This document shows positions 12,789-22,159 of a DNA stretch of 64,000 nt, piece by piece. Source of the DNA: Actinomycetes bacterium (GTDB lineage: Bacteria > Actinomycetota > JAICYB01); the NCBI GenBank assembly GCA_025934435.1, contig JAICYB010000010.1, forward strand, positions 404-64,403. The letters run 5' to 3'. The notes under the pieces are model-generated. The model did not search any database and had not been told where the DNA came from. It was given only the letters and a program-made list of their open reading frames with translations. The position numbers were made by a program, and so were the translations under genes. Numbering within the stretch: the stretch's first letter is position 1; each line of letters opens with the position of its first letter.

Positions 12789-13586
12789 GTGGTGAGCTCG
12801 TCGCACGGCCCTTCGCAACCGGTTCCCTCCGACGTCTATACGACGGAGTACTTCCTGTCGGATGCGTGCGAAGGCTTCGACTCCTACGTCTCGGGTGACG
12901 TCTCGAAGATCAAACAGGAGATCGTCCGGCTCCTCGACGTACAACCCGGTCATCGCGTGCTCGACGTCGGCTGCGGACGCGGCGAAGTCATGGCGGCAGT
13001 GATGCGTGATGGAGCAACGGTTGTCGGGATCGACTATGCGGACGCCGCCGTGAAGCTCGCGCGAGATCTCGTCGGACCGCGCGTCTCGCGAGCGGACGCA
13101 ACGCTCCTTCCCTTCCCGGACAAGACGTTCGATCGCGTCGTGATGGGCGATGTGATCGAGCACCTCCCGTGGGACATCGCGGTCGCCGCCATCCGCGACA
13201 TCACGCGCGTGCTCACCGACGACGGCTACCTGATCGTGCACACGTCCCCCAACCGGTTGTTCGTATCGCTCTTCATGCCTGTCGTCCGGTTGGGTCTCCG
13301 CTTGACCGGACGCGCGGAGCTCGCGCATCGCATCTCGGAATACGACGAGCGGAAGACCGTGATGCACCCGAACGAGCTTTCGCCGTTCGGACTGCGGCGA
13401 CTGCTCGCCCAAGCGGGGGTGCCGGCCAAGGTGTGGGTCGCGGAAGACATCCTGCGTTCGGGGAGCGGCCCGTGGACGAACGAGCTCGCCGAGCGGCCGC
13501 TCGTCCGCGCGTTCGCTCGCGTGGCGGGAGCGTGGCCGTTCCGCTACGTGTTCGGCAACGACTTGTTCGCGATGGTCCGTCGGTGA
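12789..13586 (+). CDS. Class I SAM-dependent methyltransferase
   Basis: VLDVGCGRG, LPFPDKTFDRV, DVIEHL; start approximate (12789 or 12792). Confidence 0.85.
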   Translation: MVSSSHGPSQPVPSDVYTTEYFLSDACEGFDSYVSGDVSKIKQEIVRLLDVQPGHRVLDVGCGRGEVMAAVMRDGATVVGIDYADAAVKLARDLVGPRVSRADATLLPFPDKTFDRVVMGDVIEHLPWDIAVAAIRDITRVLTDDGYLIVHTSPNRLFVSLFMPVVRLGLRLTGRAELAHRISEYDERKTVMHPNELSPFGLRRLLAQAGVPAKVWVAEDILRSGSGPWTNELAERPLVRAFARVAGAWPFRYVFGNDLFAMVRR

Positions 13587-14443
13587 ACTGCCCGCTCTGC
13601 GGATCGGACGACACGACGCCGTTCTTCTCGTTCCTTCGTCCGAAGGCCGCCGATCCGACGGGCCGCCACACGGAGTCGCTCTTCGGACGCGCCGGACCGC
13701 TCGTGCGTTGCGTCTCGTGTGGACTCGTCCGCCAGGATCCACCGGCGGAAGCTCCCTACGAAGAGGCCGAAGATCCCGAGTACCTGTCCGAGCGTGCGGG
13801 GATACAAGCGACCTTCGACCGGATCGTCGATCGCATCGAACGCTACCGTCGTCCGCCGGGGACGCTGCTCGACATCGGATGCGGGCCCGGTCTGCTGCTC
13901 GAGATCGCCCGCGAACGCGGATGGACGACCCTCGGCATCGAGCTTTCCGCGTGGGGTGTGTCTCAGGCTCGGTCACGCGGTCTCGACGTGCGCGACGTTC
14001 CGCTCGAGCACCTCGATCTTGCGGACGGATCCGTGGACGCCGTCGTCATCGCCGACGTGATCGAGCACGTCCCGGACCCGCTCGACATGATGCGGCGTGT
14101 TTCAGCCCTGTTGTCCCCCGGGGGCGTGGTGTTCGTCACGACGCCGGACGTCGGGAGCCTCGTCGCCCGGACGCTTCGACGGTGGTGGTGGTCCGTCCTG
14201 CCGAATCACATCTGGCTCTTCTCGCGCGACACGCTCGCGCGACTGGCGCGAGACGCCGGGCTCCAGATCTCTGAGATCTCGACGCACCCGAAGACGTTCT
14301 CGGTCTCCTATTACGCCGGACGTCTCGGCGGGTACGCCGGCGTGCTCGGCACCGCGGCGCGCAAGATCGCGGGATCCGAGCGTCTCGTCACACCGGATTT
14401 CCGCGACCGGGTGGCCATCGTGGCTCGCAAGCCCACAGCCTGA
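13583..14443 (+). CDS. Class I SAM-dependent methyltransferase with N-terminal CxxC...CxxC
   Basis: CPLCG...CVSCG, LLDIGCGPG, DVIEHVPDP; GTGA overlap with upstream gene. Confidence 0.87.
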   Translation: MNCPLCGSDDTTPFFSFLRPKAADPTGRHTESLFGRAGPLVRCVSCGLVRQDPPAEAPYEEAEDPEYLSERAGIQATFDRIVDRIERYRRPPGTLLDIGCGPGLLLEIARERGWTTLGIELSAWGVSQARSRGLDVRDVPLEHLDLADGSVDAVVIADVIEHVPDPLDMMRRVSALLSPGGVVFVTTPDVGSLVARTLRRWWWSVLPNHIWLFSRDTLARLARDAGLQISEISTHPKTFSVSYYAGRLGGYAGVLGTAARKIAGSERLVTPDFRDRVAIVARKPTA

Positions 14444-14470
14444 AGGGTCTCGTATACTTTGTGACCGCGA

Positions 14471-14544
14471 CGCGGGGTGGAGCAGTCAGGTAGCTCGCTG
14501 GGCTCATAACCCAGAGGTCGCAGGTTCAAATCCTGCCCCCGCTA
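14471..14544 (+). tRNA. Initiator tRNA-fMet (CAT), CCA not encoded
   Basis: CGCGGGG acceptor with unpaired C1, anticodon arm CTGGG-CTCATAA-CCCAG with three G-C pairs, GGTTCAAATCC T-arm; TATACT at 14453-14458. Confidence 0.96.
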
Positions 14545-14549
14545 CGAGC

Positions 14550-14574
14550 AAGGGCCCTCTTCGGAGGGCCCTTT
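14550..14574. terminator. Intrinsic terminator hairpin, likely bidirectional
   Basis: AAGGGCCCTC-TTCG-GAGGGCCCTT(T) between the tRNA and a convergent gene. Confidence 0.85.
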
Positions 14575-14576
14575 CC

Positions 14577-17183
14577 TTATGGACCGATCCCGAGCGTCAC
14601 GACGGCACCGTTGGGACCGACGGAATCCTGGTTCTGCGCCGCGACGACGAGGTTGCGCCCGTCCGGCGTGATGACGAGCGAGCGCGCGGAGTCGAGCCCG
14701 TCGCCGCCGAGCGCGTTCATCTCCTGCAACGTTCCCTTCTTCTTGCTCTTCGCGAACGTCACAACCGCATCGCTTTCGTCGCTCGCCACGTAGACGAACC
14801 TGCCGTTGCCACTCACCGCGATGCTCGTCGCACCATCGAGTCCCCAGCCGTCGCGCTGGCCCACGAACGCCGGAGTGTTCGCGTCCTGCGTCCAGTTCGC
14901 CGCGAAGTGCCGGATGGGAGTCAGCGCGCCGGTGTGCTTGTTGCGCTTGAAACCGACCACGCTGTCGTCACCCTCGCTCGCCGCATAGAGGAACTTCCCG
15001 TCGGCGGACAGCGCCAGCGCGCGCACGAATCCGAGACCGGGTGTGTGCAATGCGCAGCGCGGATCGCTCGTCGAGATGCATCCCTTGCGGTGGCGCAGCT
15101 GCGTCAGCCTCCCCGTCCTCTTGTTGCGCTTGAACTCGGCGATCGCTCCGCTGACGGACGACGCGGCGTACACGTTCCTGCCGTCACGCGAGACGATCAC
15201 GTCGAACACGCCGTCCAACCCTGCCGCGACGGTCGGGCACCCGCTCACCCCGGTCGTGTTCGAGATGCAGCCTGTCTGCGTCAGAAGACCCGTCGACCTG
15301 TTGCGCCTGAACGTGTCGAGGAATCCGCCGTAGTCGCCGACGTAGATGTTCTTGCCGTCCGGGCTCGCCGTGATCGATATCGGCTGCGGCAGACCGTCGC
15401 CGTCGATACACGCCCCGCCCGTACCGTCGTTCGAGACACACGCGTTCGGATCGGCGATCACCTGGCCCAGAGCACCGGTCGTGAGGTCACGCGAGAACAC
15501 CGAGATGCCACCGTTCTGCGAGGCGGTGTAGGCATTCTTCCCATCCGACGTGATGACGATCGAGGACGGCACACCGAGGCCCTTCGCGGGCCTGCCGCAG
15601 ACCGCTCCGATGCAGTCGTCCGGCGCGGCGAGCGGCGTGATCTGTCCGGTGGTCGGATCGCGCGAGAACTCCGAGATCGTGGCGCTCGGCGGAATGTCCT
15701 CTTGGGAGACGGTGTAGACGTTCCTCCCGTTCGGACTGGTCGTCACGAAATACGCGCCGGCAAGCCCCCGCTCGGGCGTGCAGGGAGCGCCGGCTTCCGC
15801 GTAGCAGTCGCCCGGCGCACCCGACCGTGACAACTCTCCGGGGAGACCGGACATCGTCGCCGTCACACTGAAAGCATTGATCGCGTCGGAGCCGAGAACC
15901 GACACGTAGACGTTCTTGTTATCGGGACTCGCGGTCACGCCGAGCGGGTCGTCCAAGGCGCTTCCGGCGACGCACGGTCCGGACACTTCCGCGACGCATC
16001 CGACCGCCGTGAGGTGACCGGTCCCCGTGTCCCGCGTGAACACCGCCAACGCGCTGTCCGAATCTGCCGAGGAGAAGAGGTTCTCTCCGTTCGGCGAGAT
16101 CGCGAGCTCGGCGGCGCCGCCGAGGCCCGACGCGGGGGTGCAGCCGGCAGTGGTGCTCGAGAAGCAAGCGTTCGCGCCCGTGAGCTGCGCCAAGACGCCC
16201 GTCGTCGTGTTCCGCGAGAACACCGAGACGGCGTTCGAGTTCTCCGCCGTGACGTAGACATTCGCGTTGTCCGGCGAAACGACGAGATCGCGAGCTCCAT
16301 CGAGCGCGACTCCCGCCGCGCATTCGGACCCCGACTCCGCGATGCAATCGTCGGGATCCGCGAGCTGGGTGAGGACGCCCGTCGTCGTATCGCGACTGAA
16401 CTCCGCGACGGCGTTGGATGTAGACGAAGCGACGTAGACGGACTTGTCATCCGGACTGACGACGACCTTGTGCGCGCCCGCAAGGCCCGTCGCGGCAGCG
16501 CAGTCGGTCGTCCCACCTTCCGCCAAGCAGTCGTTCGGATCGGCGAGTTGCGTGAGAACCCCCGTCGTCGTGTCACGACTGAACTCCGCGATCGAGTTCC
16601 CATCGTCGCCGGTGACGTAGACGTTGTTCCCGTCGGAACTGACGGTGACGCCGATGGCGTCGGTGATCCCCTTGACGTCGGCACAGTCGGTGTCGGTGTG
16701 CGAGAGGCAGTCGTTCGGATCCGCGAGCTGCGTCAGCACACCGGTCGTCGCGTCGCGCCGGAACTCGGCGACCGCGTTGGCGTCCTCGCCCGTCACGTAG
16801 ACGGAGGCGCCGTCCGGACTGATCGCGATCCCGCGCGGGCCCGCGATGCCCACCGCGGCCTTGCACTCCCCAGCGGTGGTCGAGAGGCAGTCGTTCGGGT
16901 TCGCGAGCTGCGTCAGCGCGCCGGTCGATACGTTGCGCTTGAATTCGGCGACGGAGTTGCCGCCGGCGCCTGTGACGTACACGTTCTTCCCGTCCGGGCT
17001 CACGACGGACGCTCGCGCCCCGACGAGACCCGTCCCGGCGACACAACTCCCGGCCCATTCGGCGACGCAGCCCGTCGTCATCGGGAGCTGCGTCACCCCG
17101 GAAGACGTCGCCGAAGCAGGCGCCGGGAACGCGAGCAGCGCGACAGCCAGCAAGCCAACGATGAAATTACGACGCATGCACAT
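14577..17183 (-). CDS. Secreted tandem beta-propeller protein (lactonase-like repeats with Cys-paired loops)
   Basis: Signal peptide ...APASA; about 14 repeats of SPDGKNVYV...AVAEFxRDxxTGxLTQ...C...C; start 17183 or 17177. Confidence 0.85.
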   Translation of the reverse strand: MCMRRNFIVGLLAVALLAFPAPASATSSGVTQLPMTTGCVAEWAGSCVAGTGLVGARASVVSPDGKNVYVTGAGGNSVAEFKRNVSTGALTQLANPNDCLSTTAGECKAAVGIAGPRGIAISPDGASVYVTGEDANAVAEFRRDATTGVLTQLADPNDCLSHTDTDCADVKGITDAIGVTVSSDGNNVYVTGDDGNSIAEFSRDTTTGVLTQLADPNDCLAEGGTTDCAAATGLAGAHKVVVSPDDKSVYVASSTSNAVAEFSRDTTTGVLTQLADPDDCIAESGSECAAGVALDGARDLVVSPDNANVYVTAENSNAVSVFSRNTTTGVLAQLTGANACFSSTTAGCTPASGLGGAAELAISPNGENLFSSADSDSALAVFTRDTGTGHLTAVGCVAEVSGPCVAGSALDDPLGVTASPDNKNVYVSVLGSDAINAFSVTATMSGLPGELSRSGAPGDCYAEAGAPCTPERGLAGAYFVTTSPNGRNVYTVSQEDIPPSATISEFSRDPTTGQITPLAAPDDCIGAVCGRPAKGLGVPSSIVITSDGKNAYTASQNGGISVFSRDLTTGALGQVIADPNACVSNDGTGGACIDGDGLPQPISITASPDGKNIYVGDYGGFLDTFRRNRSTGLLTQTGCISNTTGVSGCPTVAAGLDGVFDVIVSRDGRNVYAASSVSGAIAEFKRNKRTGRLTQLRHRKGCISTSDPRCALHTPGLGFVRALALSADGKFLYAASEGDDSVVGFKRNKHTGALTPIRHFAANWTQDANTPAFVGQRDGWGLDGATSIAVSGNGRFVYVASDESDAVVTFAKSKKKGTLQEMNALGGDGLDSARSLVITPDGRNLVVAAQNQDSVGPNGAVVTLGIGP

Positions 17184-17190
17184 CCCTTCC

Positions 17191-20100
17191 TCAGTCGTCG
17201 TTGATGATCTTTTCCGTCGCTTCGACGGTTCCGAGCATGAGCTCGTTCGGGTTCGAGATCCGTCCGATGACGGTCTCGTTCTTCTCCTTCTTGTTGTCGC
17301 CGATGACGGTCACGCGAACGATCCTGCTCGTCTCACCTGGTGCGAAGGTGACCTGCCGGTGCACGACCGGAACGTAGTCCGCGTGCTTGCCCCTGCTTTT
17401 CGCCGTGCCACCGACCGTATCGAAGGTAACGAAGGTGGTGAACCCGGACGGGCGCGACAACGAGACGACGAAGTTCATGTGCGCGAACGTGCCCTTCGCG
17501 CCCTCACGCGTATAGCGCACAGCACCCGAGTACGGGTCGGTCTCCGGGGCGATGCCGACCGTCGGCTGCGGATCGTTGTCGAACAACGTCACGGTCGACT
17601 GATCGTTGCCGAACTCGAGCGACGCGTTCGGTGTGACGTTCGTGATGTGGACGGTGAAGTCCTCGACGGGATCGTTCACCTGATCGTCGAGCGTTTGGAT
17701 GGGAACGTCGAAATCGGCCGTGTTGGGCGGGATCGTGAAGTGCTGGGCGGACATCGGCGTGTAGTTCGTGTCGGCACGCGCGGTGTCATCTCGCGTCGTC
17801 ACGTCGAACCCGATGGGTCCGTAGTTCCCCACGGGATCGATCACGGCAACGTCGAGGTGCGCGATCTGTCCTTCCGTCGCGATCGCGCTCTGGATACGAA
17901 GCTTCGACGCCGCGGACAGTGAGACGTTCAGGTTGTATGCGTTCTGCGCATTCGTCGGCTGGAAGCCGAAGACCTCGACGTAATAGGTCCCGTCCGACTG
18001 GGCCGTCGTCGAACAGGCGTAGGTGTCGAGCCCCGTATCCGCGTAGTGGCAGAGGACGTTGCCGTTCGCATCCTGGATGGTCACGCCCAGATCACCGTCA
18101 GCTTTGAACCGGTCGAGGGTGGCGCCGATCACTTCGCCCGCTATCGCGTCGATCTTGTAGAAGTCGGGGTCGTTCGGGCAGACCTGAGCGCTGATGGGCG
18201 TTCCGCCCGTGACCGGACTCGCCGCGGCGATCGAGTTGTTGGGTTCGAGCGCGTCGTCCCCGCACCCGCCCGTCACGGCGACCGTCAGCTGGTAGGCGTT
18301 GGCCCCACCCGAGATGGCCGTGGGAGTGCCCGTCGCGACCAGGTAATAGCGCTGCTGCGTGGACGACGTCTGGAACGTCACCTGCTTGTGATCGGCGTCG
18401 GGTGCACTCTCCGAAGCGAGCACCGCGCCACCGGAGTTCTGCAGCGACAGATCCATCGGACCGTTCGTGTGGTCGTAGGCGATCGTCGCTGTGATGGTCT
18501 GGAACGGCGTCGCCGTGACGGCGAAGACGTCGGCATTGTTCGGACAGATGTTCGCCGCGACCGGCGAGCTGTTCGTGACGAGAACCGCTTCGGCGACGTT
18601 GTCGTTCGGCTCGGACGCGTCATCAACGCATGGCGGTGGGTCGTCGTCGTGCACGACACCGAACGCGGACGACAACGAGCCGATGCTCGCGTTCGACGAC
18701 ACGTTCGAGAGCGCGGCTTGGAACGCGCGGTCACCCTGGAACGTACTGTCGTTGGCGCGCGTGTGAACGTCGACGTTCACCGACGATGCATTCGCCGGGA
18801 TCGTCACCGTCTGATCGATAGCGGTGTAGTCGGAGCCGGCGACCGCATCGACCGGGTTGAGCGCCGACGTCGCGAACGTGAACGACACCGGGGCGACGTT
18901 CGGCGGTGAGACATCGATCGTGAACGGGATGTCGGAGCCTTCCGTTGCCCGGTAGGTCGGTGAGCCCCGGACGGTGCCGCTCGGATCGAAGGAGATCACC
19001 GATGTGGGCGAGAGTGCGTCCTGAAGCGTGTACGCGTTCTCGGCCCCCTGGAAACCGTAGACGCGCAGCAAGTACGTGCCGGTCGACGGTGCGACGTAGG
19101 AGACCTTCTCGGTGTTGCTCACACCGGTCGAGGAGAGCAGCGTCGAGCCGCTGGGGTCGTCCAGATCGAGCTGCAGGTCTCCGTTCGCGTTCGTGAAGTT
19201 GAGGGACGCGTCGAGCTTCTGCCCCCCGACGAGCGGCACGGAGTAGAAGTCGTCGTTACACGTCTGGCCGGCGATCGGCGTGCCGGCGGGCAGCGGCGTC
19301 GCAGTGGCCGGTGTGTCGTTCGGCTCGTTCGCATCCTCGACGCAGGGCGACACGTTCAGGGAGATCTGGTACGGCGTCTCGTCGTACGGTCCGTCGTTGT
19401 AGACCTTGAAGTAGTACGTGTCGGTCTTCGGCGCCGTGAACGAGATCCCCTTGGTCAGCGAGTTCCCGGTCGACGTCGCGAGCGGAACGGGGTTGGGAGC
19501 CGCACTGCTGTTGTACAACGCCAGATCGATGTTCTCGTTCTGGTGCGTCTCGCTCGCGTCGGGCGGGAGCGCGTCGAGATCCACCGTCATCGTCCGGCCT
19601 TGTTTGACCTTCGCTTGGTAGTAGTCCCACGACTGGAAGGTCGTGCCGAAGGCCGACTGGTTCGGACCGCACACCGCTCCGCTCAGCGGCACGCCGGACG
19701 TGAGCGGGATCGCATAATCCCGGAGCCCGTTCCGTGGCTCGCTCGATTCGTCCGCACAGGTGTTGAGCTGCGTCGCGATGGTATAGGCGTTGTCCGTCCC
19801 CGCCGGGCTGTCGATGGCGAGATATACCCACTGGTCGGAGTCGGTGAGCCGCTCCTGCAGGACGTTCTGGCCGTCCGTCGGCGATGTCCCCTGCGCAAGG
19901 ACGTTGCCGTTCCCGTCGAACAGCCGTGTTCGCAGTGCGCCGCCGGTGGTCAGGTATGACGTCGTGATCTGCAGCCGGTCGAGCGTGTGCATGAAGATGG
20001 GCCAGTAGTCGGGGTTGGCGCCGCAGATGTGGCCCGTGCGGCTGCCGTTCTCCGAAAGCGATCGCAACTTGTCCCCTGTTACCTGCGCGATGGAGTCGTT

Positions 20101-22101
20101 CGGCTCGGCCGAGTCGTCGTCGCACCCGCCGACATCGACCTTGAAGGAGTAGGCGCCCTCATCGGTCGCCGACGCACCCACGACCCGGAAGTAGAAGTTC
20201 GTCTGCGCGCTCGAGACCGTGTAGTTGATGCTCTGGGTGCCCGAGCCGGTGCCGTTCGCGAGAACGTTGCCGGACCCATCGAGGAGCTGGAGACGGAGAT
20301 CCGCCCGTGAAGGGTCGTAGGTGATCGACGACGTGATCGTGTTCCCGCGGCGAGCGCCGGCGACGTAGTAGTCGGTGTCACCGGGACAGATGTGCGCGTC
20401 GATCGAGCTCCCCGACCTCAGATCGACCGCCTGCGACAACGAGTTGTTGGGTTCGTACGCCGAGTCGAAGCACAGGACGTTTCCCGTGATCTGCATCGTC
20501 GATCCACACGATGTGCTGTCGACGTGCATCCTCACGCCGGTGATCGACCCGTTGTACAGATCCGCGCCCGGCGTCGTGAACAGGTTGAAATCCTGGTGTC
20601 CGGACGGTCCGTAGACGTCGTTGCCGTCGCCTTCGTCGTTTCTCGTGTCGAGACCTTGCGGTCCGTCCGCCTCTTCGACGTCGACGAGTTTGTGACCGGC
20701 GTCGGCGTTCGCGGCGTTCGACTGCGTCACGCTTTCGTCGACGTGATACAGGACGACCCCACACGCCGGCAGTGATGCGTCCCACGACGATCGGTCGCGG
20801 TACTCGGCGAGCCAGTACTCGCCCGTGCCGCTGTGGTCGTTGAACGACCAGTCGACCCCGTTCGGATTCTCGAGGAACCGCACGGCATCCGGACTCGACG
20901 ACGCCGGGTGGAGCGTGACGGTGGTGTCCGATTCACCACGGATCTCCGTCGGGTCCGTCCAGCCTTCGTAGTACTTGCTCCATGCATCGAGGCCCGACGG
21001 ATGCGAACCCGGAAAATCGCTCGGCGTCAGCTGTCCCCACGGACCGTTCGCCATGACGCTCCAGTCACCGACGCCGTTCGAGTTGCCGTTCGAAGGATCG
21101 GTGTCGTACAGGTCCGGGAGCCCGAGGATGTGGCCCATCTCGTGCACCACGGTGCCGACGACGGTCGGGTGCTCGGGCGTGAACCCGTGGGCGAACAGGT
21201 TGAAGCAGTTGAGCTCGCCCACCATCTCGTAGTTCGTGTCGAGATCGACGCCGCCGGCGTTCCCGTGGAACGTGAACTCGTGCGCCCAGGTGTTGGGGCC
21301 GCATGTTCCGTCGTAGGACGCCTCGAAACCCGCCACGACGAACGCGAGGTGCAGCTCGTCCGTCGTCACCGTGCCGTCGTGATTCGTGTCGAACTGCGCG
21401 AAGTTGACGCACGTCGTCGCGCCGGAGATCGCTTGCCCGAGGATGGTCGACTCCGCCTCGTCCGAGCCGTCGCCGGGGTCATTGATCGGCGCGTGGACCC
21501 ACGGCGTCACGCCGTCGTTCGCCGTCCCGCAGTTCTCGGTCGCCGGGACGAGCGAAAGCTGCCCGTAGGACATGTCGTGGTAGTAGGAGCTCACGCTGTT
21601 CGTAGCGCCGAAGAACAGGTCGCGGTAGTAGGACGGGTCGGTCTTGCTCGCTCGATCCTGGAACTGGACCAAGATCACGAGGACGGGCTGACTCCCGGTG
21701 TTGCGGGGCGCGGCCGTCGGGACGGCGAGCTTGGGCGGGATGATCGGGGGCGCGGCCTTCTGGCGCGCGTGGAGGTGATGACGCGTCCCTTTCGGGGGCG
21801 GAGCTTTGTCCGGGCGGACCTTGGTGGCGACGAGACGGCCGTGACGATCGCGTCTCGCGTAATACCAGTACCTGTTCTTCGCCTTGACGACGGTGTAACC
21901 GCTCACCGTCTCGAATCCGTGGACCTGCCACGTGCCCCACTGACGGGCGTCGAAGAGGGAGCCGTCCGGCTGCCGAAGCTTCGTTCGGCCGCCCCATGCG
22001 GTGACGGCGTCGGCGTGTGCTCCGAAGAAGAAAAGACCTGCGAGGAACGCGATGACGACGGCACCGCGCAGGAGCCATGAAGGAAGCGTCCGGCGCTTCA
22101 C
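17191..22101 (-). CDS. Secreted M6-family (immune inhibitor A-like) metalloprotease with six PPC-like repeats and about three Calx-beta domains
   Basis: Signal peptide; QPDGS propeptide; HEMGHILGLPDLYD; WSVMANG; EYWLAEYR; six C-x4/5-EP(N/R) repeats; TAxAxxDY-type Calx-beta repeats; GTG start after GAGGGG. Confidence 0.88.
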   Translation of the reverse strand: MKRRTLPSWLLRGAVVIAFLAGLFFFGAHADAVTAWGGRTKLRQPDGSLFDARQWGTWQVHGFETVSGYTVVKAKNRYWYYARRDRHGRLVATKVRPDKAPPPKGTRHHLHARQKAAPPIIPPKLAVPTAAPRNTGSQPVLVILVQFQDRASKTDPSYYRDLFFGATNSVSSYYHDMSYGQLSLVPATENCGTANDGVTPWVHAPINDPGDGSDEAESTILGQAISGATTCVNFAQFDTNHDGTVTTDELHLAFVVAGFEASYDGTCGPNTWAHEFTFHGNAGGVDLDTNYEMVGELNCFNLFAHGFTPEHPTVVGTVVHEMGHILGLPDLYDTDPSNGNSNGVGDWSVMANGPWGQLTPSDFPGSHPSGLDAWSKYYEGWTDPTEIRGESDTTVTLHPASSSPDAVRFLENPNGVDWSFNDHSGTGEYWLAEYRDRSSWDASLPACGVVLYHVDESVTQSNAANADAGHKLVDVEEADGPQGLDTRNDEGDGNDVYGPSGHQDFNLFTTPGADLYNGSITGVRMHVDSTSCGSTMQITGNVLCFDSAYEPNNSLSQAVDLRSGSSIDAHICPGDTDYYVAGARRGNTITSSITYDPSRADLRLQLLDGSGNVLANGTGSGTQSINYTVSSAQTNFYFRVVGASATDEGAYSFKVDVGGCDDDSAEPNDSIAQVTGDKLRSLSENGSRTGHICGANPDYWPIFMHTLDRLQITTSYLTTGGALRTRLFDGNGNVLAQGTSPTDGQNVLQERLTDSDQWVYLAIDSPAGTDNAYTIATQLNTCADESSEPRNGLRDYAIPLTSGVPLSGAVCGPNQSAFGTTFQSWDYYQAKVKQGRTMTVDLDALPPDASETHQNENIDLALYNSSAAPNPVPLATSTGNSLTKGISFTAPKTDTYYFKVYNDGPYDETPYQISLNVSPCVEDANEPNDTPATATPLPAGTPIAGQTCNDDFYSVPLVGGQKLDASLNFTNANGDLQLDLDDPSGSTLLSSTGVSNTEKVSYVAPSTGTYLLRVYGFQGAENAYTLQDALSPTSVISFDPSGTVRGSPTYRATEGSDIPFTIDVSPPNVAPVSFTFATSALNPVDAVAGSDYTAIDQTVTIPANASSVNVDVHTRANDSTFQGDRAFQAALSNVSSNASIGSLSSAFGVVHDDDPPPCVDDASEPNDNVAEAVLVTNSSPVAANICPNNADVFAVTATPFQTITATIAYDHTNGPMDLSLQNSGGAVLASESAPDADHKQVTFQTSSTQQRYYLVATGTPTAISGGANAYQLTVAVTGGCGDDALEPNNSIAAASPVTGGTPISAQVCPNDPDFYKIDAIAGEVIGATLDRFKADGDLGVTIQDANGNVLCHYADTGLDTYACSTTAQSDGTYYVEVFGFQPTNAQNAYNLNVSLSAASKLRIQSAIATEGQIAHLDVAVIDPVGNYGPIGFDVTTRDDTARADTNYTPMSAQHFTIPPNTADFDVPIQTLDDQVNDPVEDFTVHITNVTPNASLEFGNDQSTVTLFDNDPQPTVGIAPETDPYSGAVRYTREGAKGTFAHMNFVVSLSRPSGFTTFVTFDTVGGTAKSRGKHADYVPVVHRQVTFAPGETSRIVRVTVIGDNKKEKNETVIGRISNPNELMLGTVEATEKIINDD

Positions 22102-22159
22102 GTCACCCGTACCCCTCGTCCCATCCACACCTTTTGCGATGCTGCGTAACAATACACCG

